This document shows positions 1 to 9,810 of a stretch of DNA of 64,000 nucleotides, in pieces; positions within the stretch are counted from its first letter, which is position 1, and each line of letters starts with the position of its first letter. A program made the position numbers and the translations under genes. The notes beneath the pieces were generated by a model that was not told the origin of the DNA, did not search any database, and saw only the letters and a program-made list of their open reading frames with translations. The stretch lies in the NCBI GenBank assembly GCA_000092065.1, contig CP000586.1; one strand, 5' to 3'. The DNA is from Ostreococcus lucimarinus (taxonomy: Eukaryota).

Positions 1-1109
1 AATTCCGCGCTCTTCTTAATGTGTCTCGTCAACGAATACGACGTTGCCGCGGTGACGAGGCCCTTCAACTCGGCGCCGCTGTAGTTGACCGTGCTCTTCG
101 CCAATTCTTCCAAGTTCACGCAAGGTCCGAGCAAGCCTTCGCTAGCCATAGAGTCGGTGTGAATTTTCAAAATTTGCTGTCGACCGGTGGCGTCCGGCAA
201 GCCGACTTCGACTTGCAACTCTAAACGACCCGGGCGCAAAAGCGCGGGATCGAGCAAGTCTCTTCGGTTGGTGATACCCACGATCAAAATGTTATTCAGC
301 GCGTGCATACCGTCGAGCTTGGTCAAAAGCTGATTCACGACGTTGTCGTGCACGATGCTCGCCGTCTCCCCTCCCGTGCCTCTCGCCTTCATCACCGCGT
401 CGATTTCGTCGAAGACGATGATGTGCAACTTGCTCTTGTCGCCCCTCAACTTTGCCTCCTTCTCCGCATCTTCGAACAACATCCGCACGTTCTCCTCGCT
501 TTGACCGACAAACTTTTGCAAAATTTCCGGTCCATTCACGATCTTCGGCTTGTGCGCGTTCAGCATGTTCCCCAACTGTCTCGCCACGAGCGTCTTCCCC
601 GTCCCCGGCGGCCCGTACAGCAGCACCCCTCGCACGTGTTGCAATTTCAACCTTCTCGCGATGTTCGCGTCCACCATCCTCGACGCGAACACTCGTCTGA
701 ATATATTCGCAAACTCCTTATCCAATCCTCCCACGCCGTGTTCGACGAACGAGCTTCCATCTCGCATCATTCGCGCCAGGTGCGCCTGCGAGCTGTGCTT
801 TTCGCTCTCGTCTTGCTCGGGCACCGTGTTCGCGTTCCCAGCCGCCGGTCCCGTCTTCGCCAGCGTCGGCGTGATCCCGGGCGGCGCCGCGCCGCGTATC
901 GCGCTCTTCGGTTTCGGTTTTTCAAACTTTCGCGGCGTCGGCGCGTCCGTCGTCGCGTCGACTTCGAAATCTTCCGCGCGCCACTGCACGAGGCGCTTTT
1001 GCGTCGCCAGCGCCGTCGTCGCCGCGCCGTCGACGTCGCGTCGCGCGGCGGTGCGCTGAGGCGCGCGAGCGCGCGCGAGCGCGCGCGCGAGGTCACGCGC
1101 GCGATGCAT
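1..1109 (-). CDS. NSF: N-ethylmaleimide-sensitive factor (NSF/Sec18) AAA ATPase, partial (D1 domain onward; C-terminus beyond window start)
   Basis: Minus-strand translation reads ...[92 protein letters not shown]...IVFDEIDAV...[14 protein letters not shown]...[26 protein letters not shown]. This is near-identical to the NSF D1 Walker A/B region. The frame is open up to a TAG at 1263-1265, and the first in-frame ATG is at 1107-1109. The gene is truncated by the window and not listed in the ORF track. The 5' end is uncertain. Confidence 0.85.
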   Translation of the reverse strand, partial: MHRARDLARALARARAPQRTAARRDVDGAATTALATQKRLVQWRAEDFEVDATTDAPTPRKFEKPKPKSAIRGAAPPGITPTLAKTGPAAGNANTVPEQDESEKHSSQAHLARMMRDGSSFVEHGVGGLDKEFANIFRRVFASRMVDANIARRLKLQHVRGVLLYGPPGTGKTLVARQLGNMLNAHKPKIVNGPEILQKFVGQSEENVRMLFEDAEKEAKLRGDKSKLHIIVFDEIDAVMKARGTGGETASIVHDNVVNQLLTKLDGMHALNNILIVGITNRRDLLDPALLRPGRLELQVEVGLPDATGRQQILKIHTDSMASEGLLGPCVNLEELAKSTVNYSGAELKGLVTAATSYSLTRHIKKSAE

Positions 1110-1365
1110 CGTCGCTCTCGCGTCGCTCTCGCGTCGGCGTCGGGGCGCGCGCGGCGCGATGACGACGCAGGCTCCCTCGGGACGCTTTTCGGCGCGATGA
1201 CGTCGATTCGGATGACGCGACGACGAACAAAGGCGGGCTGGGATTGAAAGAAGAATGGCTGGCTAAGACGCGCTCGCGGCAGATCGAACGAGGCGCGCGC
1301 GAGCGCGCGAGTGAGCGCTCGCGGCGCCGCGCGCGCGCGCGACGACGACGACGCGCGTCGGGGGA

Positions 1366-2466
1366 TTAACGGTGGCCGAAGGCGTCGTCGCCGTCCAAAC
1401 CGAAGGCGCGCTTGGCGGCTTCGTACGTCGTCCAACAGATGGCGGCGGCTGGGATGTGGAAGAGCACGCGCGCGCTCATGCCGCGAGTGAGGGCGAGCGC
1501 GCCTTCGTCGCGAACGATGGCGCGCGCGACGTCCATCGGGCTGGCGGAACGCACGGCGGCGCTTCGCGCGCGTTGCGCGGCGAGCTCTTGCGGACAAATC
1601 TTGGGCGCGCCTCGCGCCGTGCACACGCTGTTGTACGTCGTTTCCACCGTCTTGGCGACGTCGCAATCGAGTAAAACACATTGCGTTTGCATGCGAGTCT
1701 TGACGACGTCCATGGGCGTCGTCGCCGCCGCCGCTAGACCCCCGGCGACGCCCCCGGCGGCGAATTGCACGGCGAACCCCTCCTTCTCCGCCTCGCTCGC
1801 CTTGAACAGCGCCGTCTTCGCGCTTTCGTACGCCGCGAAGTGGATCGCCGTGAAAGGGACATTCATCGCTAACGTCGTGGGGTAACTTCTATAAAACGCC
1901 CGCACGCCTTCGTTCCGAAACGTCTTCGCCACGCAATCCAGCGCCCCCTTGTACGGCGAATCCGAGATTTGCAGTCGTTGCTTCACCGTATCCACGGGGT
2001 TTTGCAACCCATCCGCGAGCACCGTCGCGCACACTCCCGCGAGCGCGTGCGCGACGGGGGCGTGTTCGTTCACGTTCCCACCCCCGAACGCCACCTTGCA
2101 CTTTTCGTACGTCGCGAAGTACACCGCGTGCGCCGGCCCCGCGCCCAACCCCGCGGCGGACACCCCTCGATACAGCGACCGCACCGCGTTCGCCGCGTTC
2201 GCCGCGGACGCGCGCGCCGTGAGCGTCCCGATCGCTTGCGCGTACGACGTCCCGCTCGCCGCCACCTGCAGGCGCGTTTTAATCGTATCCACCGGGAACA
2301 TCGCCGTGTGCTCGACGGCGCCCGCGAGCGCGCCCGAAGCCATGTGCGCGTAAAACGCCGTCTCCGCGGGCGAATGCGCGACGCACGCGCCGTCGACGGA
2401 CGCGCGCGCCGTCGTCGCGCTCGACGACGCCCGCGCGGCGCGCTCGAGCGCGTCCGAGGGCGTCAT
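1366..2466 (-). CDS. mitochondrial carrier family protein, mitoferrin-like (SLC25A28/37, MRS3/4-type)
   Basis: This is the C-terminal 366 aa of the 722-aa ORF. It carries three carrier repeats with MFPVDTIKTRLQ, NPVDTVKQRLQ and PMDVVKTRMQ signatures, and His residues typical of mitoferrin. An ATG lies at 2464-2466 and a TAA stop at 1366-1368. The upstream 356 codons of the ORF are R/A-rich and not carrier-like. Confidence 0.85.
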   Translation of the reverse strand: MTPSDALERAARASSSATTARASVDGACVAHSPAETAFYAHMASGALAGAVEHTAMFPVDTIKTRLQVAASGTSYAQAIGTLTARASAANAANAVRSLYRGVSAAGLGAGPAHAVYFATYEKCKVAFGGGNVNEHAPVAHALAGVCATVLADGLQNPVDTVKQRLQISDSPYKGALDCVAKTFRNEGVRAFYRSYPTTLAMNVPFTAIHFAAYESAKTALFKASEAEKEGFAVQFAAGGVAGGLAAAATTPMDVVKTRMQTQCVLLDCDVAKTVETTYNSVCTARGAPKICPQELAAQRARSAAVRSASPMDVARAIVRDEGALALTRGMSARVLFHIPAAAICWTTYEAAKRAFGLDGDDAFGHR

Positions 2467-2886
2467 GCGGCGCGATAACGCGTCGTCTCGATCGTCGTGA
2501 CGGCGATCGCGTTCGAGCGCCGACGTCGCCGCGGTCTCGTCGTCGACGGCGCGCGCGGTGCGGCGCGAGGCCGGGCGGTGCGGCGCGCGTCGATGGCGCG
2601 CGTCGGGCGCGGTTTCGTCGCGCGCGCGCGTCGCGACGCGTCGATGAGTGGCGTCGGCGAGTAAACCCTCGAGTTTTCGTCGCGCGCGCGTCAAAAAACG
2701 TCGCGACGCGACGCGCGCGGCGCGCGAGCGACGCCGCGGCGCGGTGAAACGGGCGACGCGAACGCGGCGCGCGAACACGCGCGCGAACGCGCGATTCGGG
2801 CGGCGAAGCGCGGCGAAAAGCGCGCGCGAAGACGCTCGATTTGAACTCGAGCTCGAGCGGTTGGACCGGACGCGGTCGGAGCGACG

Positions 2887-3942
2887 ATGCCGACGCAGTG
2901 CGTGAGCACGGCGGTGATTGGGACGGCGTTTTGCGTGAAACGATGCTCGAGCGAGCGTCTGGCGCGAGATTTGGCGTTTTTCCCGCCGGAACCGCCGAGC
3001 TACGCGCTCGGAGAGCGAGAGGCGAGCGACGACGGGGACGGCGAGCGCGCGGGGACGAGCGATAGTGGAGAGCTCAGAGCGATCGCGAACGAGGAACACG
3101 TGCCGGCGACGTACGCGGCAGCGTTTCAACGCGTGTTGGACGATTTTCGCGTGGATTTGGTGACGACGGCGAGAGGGAACGAGGTGGTGGCGATGACGTG
3201 CGAAGCGCCGCCGACGAGGATATCGGCGGCGAGCGAGGACGACGCTCGAGCGATGCAAGACGGCGCGAACCTGACGTTGATTTACTCGCACGGCAATGCG
3301 GTTGATGCGGGGGAGGTGGCGCCGTTCGCGCGGAAGTTGTCGCAGCAATTGAATTGTCGAGTGGTGACGTACGATTACTCGGGATACGGGCAGAGTCGCG
3401 GCGAGCCGAGCGTGGCTGATACGTACGCGGACATCGATGCCGTCGTCGCGCACGTCATCGAACGCTTCGGAGTGTCGCGCGAGGAAATTATTTTGCTCGG
3501 ACAGTCCATTGGAAGCGGGCCGACGTGTTTTCACGCGGGCAAGCGCGAAAACGCGGGATTCGGCGCGGTCGTTTTGGTTTCTCCGCTTCTAAGTGCCTTG
3601 AACGTCGTGAGCTCGCCGCAAGCGTGGTGCACGCCGGCCAAGGTGTTCAGAAAGATGGACGTGTACAAGAATTATCAAGTCGTGAAGAACATCCAGTGTC
3701 CGATTCTGTTGATTCACGGCGATCAAGACAACGTCGTACACGTGTCTCACGGCGAGACGCTTTGGGAAACCATTCGCAAGAGCGCGAAAACGAACGAATC
3801 GCTTCTCGAACCGTACTGGATTCGAGGCGCCGGCCACGATGATACGTACGATCGTAATCCAGCCGAATTCATTCGAAGATTGCGCGAGGTGTGCGCGCTC
3901 GTACGCGAGAATTGGTACCGCCGCGTCGAAACGGCGCCGTGA
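2887..3942 (+). CDS. alpha/beta-hydrolase, ABHD17/FAM108-like serine hydrolase (depalmitoylase family)
   Basis: YSHGNAVDAGE, nucleophile elbow GQSIGSG, LIHGDQDNVVHV and GAGHDD give a Ser/Asp/His triad in the spacing typical of ABHD17 proteins. ATG is at 2887 and TGA at 3940-3942. The N-terminal start is uncertain because internal Met residues exist. Confidence 0.8.
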   Translation: MPTQCVSTAVIGTAFCVKRCSSERLARDLAFFPPEPPSYALGEREASDDGDGERAGTSDSGELRAIANEEHVPATYAAAFQRVLDDFRVDLVTTARGNEVVAMTCEAPPTRISAASEDDARAMQDGANLTLIYSHGNAVDAGEVAPFARKLSQQLNCRVVTYDYSGYGQSRGEPSVADTYADIDAVVAHVIERFGVSREEIILLGQSIGSGPTCFHAGKRENAGFGAVVLVSPLLSALNVVSSPQAWCTPAKVFRKMDVYKNYQVVKNIQCPILLIHGDQDNVVHVSHGETLWETIRKSAKTNESLLEPYWIRGAGHDDTYDRNPAEFIRRLREVCALVRENWYRRVETAP

Positions 3943-4030
3943 ATCGACGCGAGAATGTTGAATGTTGTTGTTGTTGTAACACTACCTAGACTACCGCTAA
4001 TTGTTCGAACCATCTTCAGGCGCGCACGCA

Positions 4031-4966
4031 TCACGAATCTTCGATGACGTCGAACGCGCCGCTCGCATCCGGAAACGACTTTTGCGCGAACGTCTTCACG
4101 CGTCGAGCGCATCGCAACAGCGTATCGCTCGTGTCCTCGATCGCCACGTACCGTCGCTCGTCCGCCGTCGCGCTCACGCACACCCACGCCTCGTGACCTG
4201 GCTTGACGTACGCGTGCTCTATCGCGTCACCATCGCTCGCGCGCTCGACGTCTCGTCGCAACAGCGCGAGCGTGGACGCCGTGCGCGGATCCATCTCCGT
4301 CCTCGCGCCCGCCGGCGCCGCCGTCGTCAATTCCAAACCTCCCTCGTTCCGCGCGCGCTCGCGACCGTAAAAAACCGCGTATTTATCTAATCCACGCGAC
4401 GTCGCCCCCTCGTCTTCGGCCGCCGCCGCCGCCGCCGCGCCGCTCGCGTTCGCGTTCGCGTTCGCCGCCCGTCGCGGCGCCGTCGCCGTCGCCACCGCCC
4501 GCGTCCACGCCTCCCGTCGCGCGATCCGATCGTCCGCCGCCGCCCCGTTCGTTCGCACGCCCTCTTCGTACGCCTCGACCACGCGCGCGAGCATCGCCCT
4601 GAGTTCGCCGTCGCTCGTCGACCACCGCGGCGCCGCGCCTTCGTCGACGCGCGCGCACGCGTACGAATTCGTCCCGCGCGCCCGCACGCTCGCCACGCGC
4701 GCGCCGCGCGTTCGCGCGACGCTAAACTCCAGCGCGTCCTCGTCGCTCGCGTCGCGCGGCGCGAACGCGCGCGCGATCGACCGCGACGCCAACACGAAAC
4801 CGACGAGTTCGCTCAGCGCGCGCGACGCCGCCGCGCCCTCCGCGCCGTCGCGCGCGCGCGCCGCGCGCGACGACGACGCGAGGACTTTCTCGTGCGTCTC
4901 GCCCTCGCGCGCGGGCGCGATGTCGTCGTCGAACGCGACGACGACGACGTCGCGTCGCGACGCCAT
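4031..4966 (-). CDS. hypothetical protein (no recognisable domain)
   Basis: A 319-aa minus ORF whose listed start is GTG. The first ATG is at 4964-4966 (MASRRDVVVVAFDDD...). The sequence is non-repetitive and the C-terminal half is globular-looking (…YAVFYGRERARNEGG…YVKPGHEAWVCVSATADERRYVAIEDTSDTLL…). It fits the gap between flanking genes. Confidence 0.4.
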   Translation of the reverse strand: MASRRDVVVVAFDDDIAPAREGETHEKVLASSSRAARARDGAEGAAASRALSELVGFVLASRSIARAFAPRDASDEDALEFSVARTRGARVASVRARGTNSYACARVDEGAAPRWSTSDGELRAMLARVVEAYEEGVRTNGAAADDRIARREAWTRAVATATAPRRAANANANASGAAAAAAAEDEGATSRGLDKYAVFYGRERARNEGGLELTTAAPAGARTEMDPRTASTLALLRRDVERASDGDAIEHAYVKPGHEAWVCVSATADERRYVAIEDTSDTLLRCARRVKTFAQKSFPDASGAFDVIEDS

Positions 4967-5453
4967 CGCGGCGCGATGTGCCGACGGCACGACATGACGC
5001 GCGCGCGACCGCGCGACCGCGCGAGCGCGGGCGAACGCGCGCGAACGCGCGCCGCGCGTCTGCGGCGCGCGCTGTGCGCCTGCGCCGCGCTCGGCGCGGC
5101 GTGCGCGGTCGCGGCGGCGGCGCTCGGGTCGTCCGAAAGGGTGTTGAACGCGCGACTGAGCGAAGCCGCGCGGCGCGCGACGCCGGAAGCGGGGCTCGCG
5201 CGCGGGCGCATACGAGCGGTGAGCGAAGCGCGGTTCGCGTCGACGCGCGGCGCGAAGCGCGGGAGGTGGAGGACGCGCGCGCGGGACGACGCGGGAGGCG
5301 ACGCGGCGACGAGGCGCGGGGAGACGGACGACGCGGACGAGACGACGGAACGCAGGTACGACGCGTTCATGCGCGCGGTGGATGAATACGAGGACGTCGA
5401 GGAGGCGGAGGAAGAGGAGGAGGACGACGGCGAGGAGGCGCGGCGGTGGGCGG

Positions 5454-5549
5454 CGATGTTGGGGAAACGGCGCGACGAGTAGTCGTCGTCGCCGCCCGCG
5501 GCGATGTTGGGGAAACGGCGCGACGAGTAGTCGTCGTCGCCGCCCGCGG
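5454..5549. repeat. perfect 48-bp tandem duplication (2 copies)
   Basis: GCGATGTTGGGGAAACGGCGCGACGAGTAGTCGTCGTCGCCGCCCGCG occurs twice in direct succession. It produces the repeated peptide in both overlapping spurious ORFs (…AAMLGKRRDE / …RRFPNIAAGGDDDYSS…). Confidence 0.85.
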
Positions 5550-5572
5550 CGCGTACTATGCGTCTAATCGAT

Positions 5573-7351
5573 TTACATTTTAGCTTTATTCGTCGCGCGC
5601 GCCGCGCGCTCGAGGAGCAAGTACAGACCACCGCCGAGAAAGAAACTCACGAACCAGGCGTTGGCGTAAAGCCCGCGGAAGAAGGCGGAGCACGCGGGAT
5701 TGGCGCCGACGGCGTGCAAGAAGCCGGGCACGCAGACGCCGGCGCCGACGACGAAACTCGCCAACGCGCGCACGTTGAAGCCGTTGGCGTACCAGTACTG
5801 CGATTTCGCGTCCATGCTATACAGCGCGTCGATGTCCAGGGTTTGCTCGCGAACGAAGAAGTAGTCGGCGATCATGATGCCCGTGATCGGGCCGAGCAAC
5901 GCGGCGTATCCAATCAACCAGACGAAGATGAACCCGTCGCCCGCGGCGAGCTTCCAAGGCATGCACAACGTCCCGAGCGCGGCGGTGATGAAGCCGGCTT
6001 TTCGGAAGCTCATTGAACGGGGACATGCGTTCACCAACGCGTTCGCCGGCGCCACGACGTTGGCCGCGATGTTCGTCGAGAGCGTCGCTAACGACAGACC
6101 GCCCATCGCGAGAAACGTCGTGAGCGGTCCGGTGTTTATGCGCGAAACCAGTTCGATCGGATCGCTGATCGCGCCACCGAAGATGACGACGGTGCATGAC
6201 GTCACCGCCAGCGCTATGAATGAAAACATCGTCATGAACGCCGGCAAACCGACGGCTTGCCCGACGATTTGATCGCGTTGCGATTTCGCGTACCTGGTAA
6301 AGTCTGAAATATTGAGAGAAAGCGTCGACCAAAACCCGACCGTCGCGGTGAGAACGGGGAGCAACGCGCTCCAAAACTCGCCCGCTCGCGCGCCTCCGAC
6401 CGCGAACGCGCTCGGTGCGTCGAATATCGGCCCCACGCCTCCCGCCGCCGTCACCGCCCACGCGAACAACGCGAGCGAGAGCGAAATCAACACCGGCGCC
6501 GCGTACTCCTCGACGCGTCTGATCGACTCTATCCCGTGATACACCACCCACAATTGCGCCGCGAGAAACGTCAAGTAACACACCAACGCCTCGACGCTCA
6601 ACCCGAGCCACGGTAAAACCGTCCCGTTCGCCGCGAATCCCATCGCTCGCGTCATCGTCGCCAGCGCCTGTCCGCCCACGTTGGTCTGTATTCCGAACCA
6701 CCCGCACCCCACGATCGCGCGCGCGAACGTCGCCACGCTCGCTCCTCGCACCCCGAACGCGCTGCGGCAGTACACCGGGAATCCTATCCCGTATTTCGTC
6801 CCCGCCGCGCCGTTCGCGATCATCGGCGCCAGCACGAGCGCGTTCGCGCTCGCCACCACCGCCATCGCCTCCCCCGCCGCGAATCCCACGTCCACCACCT
6901 GCGCCACGAGCGTCCACGCGGGCACGCACACGACCAATCCGACCCACAGCGACGCCACGTCGCGCAGCGCGAACGTCCGCGCGCTCGCCAGCACGGGTTT
7001 TAAATCATCATTCGTCAGCGACGCGTCGGGCGACTCGGGTTCGACCGCCGCGATCGCCCACCGCGCCGCGCGCTCGGACGCGCGCGCCGCGCATCGCCGA
7101 CGACGCGACGGCGCGACGCGCGCGCGCGCGCGAAGAGGCGCGCGCGCGACGAGACGCACCGTCGTCGTCATGCAATGCCGTCGTCCGCGACGCGAACGGC
7201 GCGACGACGCGCCACACCGCGGCGCGCATGGCGTCCGTCGGGTTCGACGACGACGACGACGACGCGGACGATGGGTTCTGGGCGCGCGCGGGGAGGTGCG
7301 CGCGACGCGCGACGCGACGCGCGACCGCGAGCGGACGCGTCGATTCGTCAT
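5573..7351 (-). CDS. nucleobase:cation symporter-1 (NCS1) family permease (purine/uracil/allantoin permease, PLUTO/Fur4-like)
   Basis: There are 12 predicted TM segments with an NCS1-like core (…GIGFPVYCRSAFG…, …FAWAVTAAGG…, …NISDFTRYAKSQRDQ…). The N-terminal ~110 aa are R/S-rich and presequence-like. The first ATG is at 7349-7351; the listed start 7354 is TTG. TAA is at 5573-5575. Confidence 0.8.
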   Translation of the reverse strand: MTNRRVRSRSRVASRVARTSPRAPRTHRPRRRRRRRTRRTPCAPRCGASSRRSRRGRRHCMTTTVRLVARAPLRARARVAPSRRRRCAARASERAARWAIAAVEPESPDASLTNDDLKPVLASARTFALRDVASLWVGLVVCVPAWTLVAQVVDVGFAAGEAMAVVASANALVLAPMIANGAAGTKYGIGFPVYCRSAFGVRGASVATFARAIVGCGWFGIQTNVGGQALATMTRAMGFAANGTVLPWLGLSVEALVCYLTFLAAQLWVVYHGIESIRRVEEYAAPVLISLSLALFAWAVTAAGGVGPIFDAPSAFAVGGARAGEFWSALLPVLTATVGFWSTLSLNISDFTRYAKSQRDQIVGQAVGLPAFMTMFSFIALAVTSCTVVIFGGAISDPIELVSRINTGPLTTFLAMGGLSLATLSTNIAANVVAPANALVNACPRSMSFRKAGFITAALGTLCMPWKLAAGDGFIFVWLIGYAALLGPITGIMIADYFFVREQTLDIDALYSMDAKSQYWYANGFNVRALASFVVGAGVCVPGFLHAVGANPACSAFFRGLYANAWFVSFFLGGGLYLLLERAARATNKAKM

Positions 7352-7375
7352 CAAGATGACGCGCCGACGACGACG

Positions 7376-7396
7376 ACGACGACGACGCGCGCGATG
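7376..7396. repeat. (GAC)7 trinucleotide microsatellite
   Basis: This sits in the divergent NCS1/coiled-coil intergenic region. Further (GAC)6-7 runs lie at 7246-7263 and 7459-7479, and another at 46527-46547. Confidence 0.8.
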
Positions 7397-7458
7397 GCGC
7401 GACGAACGCGTCGCGACGACGACGACGATGCGCGCGCGAACGTGACTGACGAAATCGC

Positions 7459-7479
7459 GACGACGACGACGACGACGAC
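7459..7479. repeat. (GAC)7 trinucleotide microsatellite
   Basis: cgacgacgacgacgacgacgaca lies immediately upstream of the 7483 GTG. Confidence 0.8.
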
Positions 7480-7620
7480 AGCGTGTTGGACGCGGTGGAG
7501 GAGAGCCTGACGCAGCGGCGACGCGGCGACGAGACGGCGACGACGACGAAGGCGACGACGAACGCGCGCGGAACGACGCGCGGAGACGATGGGACGACCG
7601 CGAGCGAGGAGTTGCGACAG

Positions 7621-9675
7621 ATGCTGATCGAGCGCGACGCGCGGTTGGGGATGCTGCGGTCGAAGTTGGATATGGTGGAGCGCGAGAATGAAAATTTGAA
7701 GCGAAACGGCGCGAGCGCGAGCGGCGACGGCGGCGGAGGGGCGCGGGGGGGGGCGGGGGAGGTGAATTACGGCGCGGTGGGGGGGGCGAATGGGGCGAAC
7801 GCTCGCGCGGCGCCGACGTCGACGAACGCGGCGAGCGTCGTGGCGAAGGCGGAGGTGCAGGATTTAAAGCAGCAGTTGGCGACGCTTCGATCGAAGTTGG
7901 CGTTTAAAGAGGAAGAGATCACCGAGGCGCGCAGGCTGGAGGACGACGCGCGAGCGAAGTTGCGCGCGGCGAATGACGAGCGCACGAAACTCGCCGCGGA
8001 AGTTCGCGCCGAACGCCGGGCGAGGGCGTCGGCGGGACAAAAGCGACCGTCGCGAGACGAGAGCCAAGAGACGGCGGCGAACAAGCGACAGAGAACGGGC
8101 GGCGCAAGCGGTGGGGATGTGTTAGGAAGCGAAGCGCGAGTTGGTGAACGTACGACTGGAATGAGCGCTGGTGGCAGTCATCGACGCGCGCGCGAAGGTT
8201 TGAGCGTGGCGTCGCCGCCCGAAACGCTCGCGTTGGCGCTTCCGATGGCGCCGCCCGACGTCGCGGCGACGCTGTACCAACGCGGCGTCAGCGGGTATTA
8301 CTCGAGCGATAACGTCTTCGCGCGGTTGATGAACGACGTTCCGCTCGATGTGAGTTCTTTTTTAGCGAAACCAAACGAATCATCGGTCGTGAGTGCGGAG
8401 TTGGTGAACCCCGTGCGCGCGGCGCTCATGAATTTGGCGACGAATCCGGATTCGACGGTGGCGCTCACGCGCGCGCTCGTCGAGTCCATCGTAGAAACAT
8501 CGAATTCCATCACGTCTTCGGCGCACTACGCGCACGTGACGTCGATATTGCGAATTCTTTCCGCGCTCGCGATGATTGATGGGCGAAGCCTGAGCATCGT
8601 GCTCGGCGCGTGCGGGGCGCAGAGAAATCAAACCGTCGCGACGGTCACAGCGCACGGGTCGCCGCCAGCGTCTTTGGCGGGGATTCCCGGTTTAGGCGGA
8701 GCGGGCATGGGTACGCTCGTCGCGCATCCGCGCGCACACAGCGGTCGTATCTTCGTTCCGGCGTCCATGAGTTCGACGAATCACGCGTCCGCGCCGACGC
8801 CAAAACCGACGAAGACGACGAAGAGCAGGTTGTCGGGGAGCCAAGGGGGAGAGGCACCGGAGGTGGCGCCGTTTTTGGAGACATTGATACAGTTACTCAC
8901 CGATGCGAAGTGTGATGGTCAGTGGCGCGTCGTCGACGCCGTGATCGTGGCGCTCATTCGATTCGCGAGCGGTGTGGGCGTGGAGAATGGCCGGGGCGCG
9001 TTTGGCGCCGTGGCGCAAAAGCACAGCGGCTTTGGATCGTGCCTGAAATCGATCGCCCCGAACAGCACACGGTTCTTGGCGCTCATGCTCATTCGAATGT
9101 TGGCGCCCACGCCCGAATTTCAGTCGTTCCTCTGTGAACCACTCGACGTCGAGCGAGGGATTGAAAAGCCGCCGACGCCTGAACGGCGCAAGCGAGCGAC
9201 GTTGTTCGCCGCGATTCTGAGTTGCCTCCGAGCAGATTGCGTGGAGGAAAACGGCTTGATCTTCGTCATTAAGTCCTCATACGTGGCGCACGCCACGCCT
9301 GAGCAGAGCGGCACGCTTCAAGAGGCGGCGCTCCGCGTGTTAAGAACGCTCGCCTTCATCGGCTGGTCCGAGTACGGCGCCGCCGCCGTCGCCGTCAACG
9401 CCCTCGACGTCCTCGCCGCCGTCGCCGTCGAAGAGTACGTCTCCCCGCTCCCCGTGGCGCACTCCAAATCATCAACAGCCCTTCACCAAGCCACCAGGCT
9501 CGTCCACGCCCTGCTCGACGAGCACTACGACGCCCATCTTCCTCGCCTCTTGGGCGCTCGCAAGAGTCAGCGCGTCATCGCCCGTCTCGCCCACCTGAGT
9601 TCCGCCAGCGGCGGCGGTCGCGAATCTCGCATGGCCGATTGGCTCGGCCGCATTTTACTCAAGGTGCGCGAGTGA
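7621..9675 (+). CDS. hypothetical coiled-coil protein with C-terminal alpha-helical (HEAT/ARM-like) region
   Basis: The 730-aa ORF starts with GTG at 7483; the first ATG is at 7621 (MLIERDARLGMLRSKLDMVERENENLKRNG…). Heptad-rich N-terminal segments (…LKQQLATLRSKLAFKEEEITEARRLEDDARAKLRAANDERTKLAAEVRAE…) are followed by a long helical region. I could assign no confident family. Confidence 0.55.
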   Translation: MLIERDARLGMLRSKLDMVERENENLKRNGASASGDGGGGARGGAGEVNYGAVGGANGANARAAPTSTNAASVVAKAEVQDLKQQLATLRSKLAFKEEEITEARRLEDDARAKLRAANDERTKLAAEVRAERRARASAGQKRPSRDESQETAANKRQRTGGASGGDVLGSEARVGERTTGMSAGGSHRRAREGLSVASPPETLALALPMAPPDVAATLYQRGVSGYYSSDNVFARLMNDVPLDVSSFLAKPNESSVVSAELVNPVRAALMNLATNPDSTVALTRALVESIVETSNSITSSAHYAHVTSILRILSALAMIDGRSLSIVLGACGAQRNQTVATVTAHGSPPASLAGIPGLGGAGMGTLVAHPRAHSGRIFVPASMSSTNHASAPTPKPTKTTKSRLSGSQGGEAPEVAPFLETLIQLLTDAKCDGQWRVVDAVIVALIRFASGVGVENGRGAFGAVAQKHSGFGSCLKSIAPNSTRFLALMLIRMLAPTPEFQSFLCEPLDVERGIEKPPTPERRKRATLFAAILSCLRADCVEENGLIFVIKSSYVAHATPEQSGTLQEAALRVLRTLAFIGWSEYGAAAVAVNALDVLAAVAVEEYVSPLPVAHSKSSTALHQATRLVHALLDEHYDAHLPRLLGARKSQRVIARLAHLSSASGGGRESRMADWLGRILLKVRE

Positions 9676-9810
9676 CCGACCTTTTTAGCGCATCCGCAGT
9701 CGTCGCGACGGCGAGTCGCCCTCGCACCGGCGGCGCCGCGATTTAGCGATTTAAACCCGTCTCCAGCTGTCGTCGATCCTCTGTCCCCGCACACGCGCGC
9801 GCGAGCCGTC

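Noticed and set aside
303-1247. 314-aa plus-strand ORF, plus the overlapping ORFs at 452-700 and 550-1059
   Set aside because: It is antisense to the clearly identifiable NSF D1 coding region. The composition is R/H/L-rich with no motif. It is an artefact of high GC.
2467-3534. N-terminal 356 codons of the 722-aa minus ORF containing the mitochondrial carrier
   Set aside because: The sequence is R/A-rich low-complexity and overlaps the divergent ABHD17 gene on the other strand. Carrier proteins are about 300-370 aa, and the ATG at 2466 gives a canonical three-repeat carrier.
5817-6947. 376-aa minus-strand Arg/Gly-rich ORF inside the NCS1 transporter locus
   Set aside because: It is an alternative frame of the NCS1 gene. 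The NCS1 frame encodes 12 TM helices and this frame is low-complexity.
7483-7620. ORF-track start positions shown as 'M' at 7483, 20224, 21720, 29183, 36204, 60602 and elsewhere
   Set aside because: The underlying codons are GTG/TTG/CTG, because the track uses a bacterial-style alternative-start table. For a eukaryotic nuclear genome I moved starts to the first in-frame ATG.
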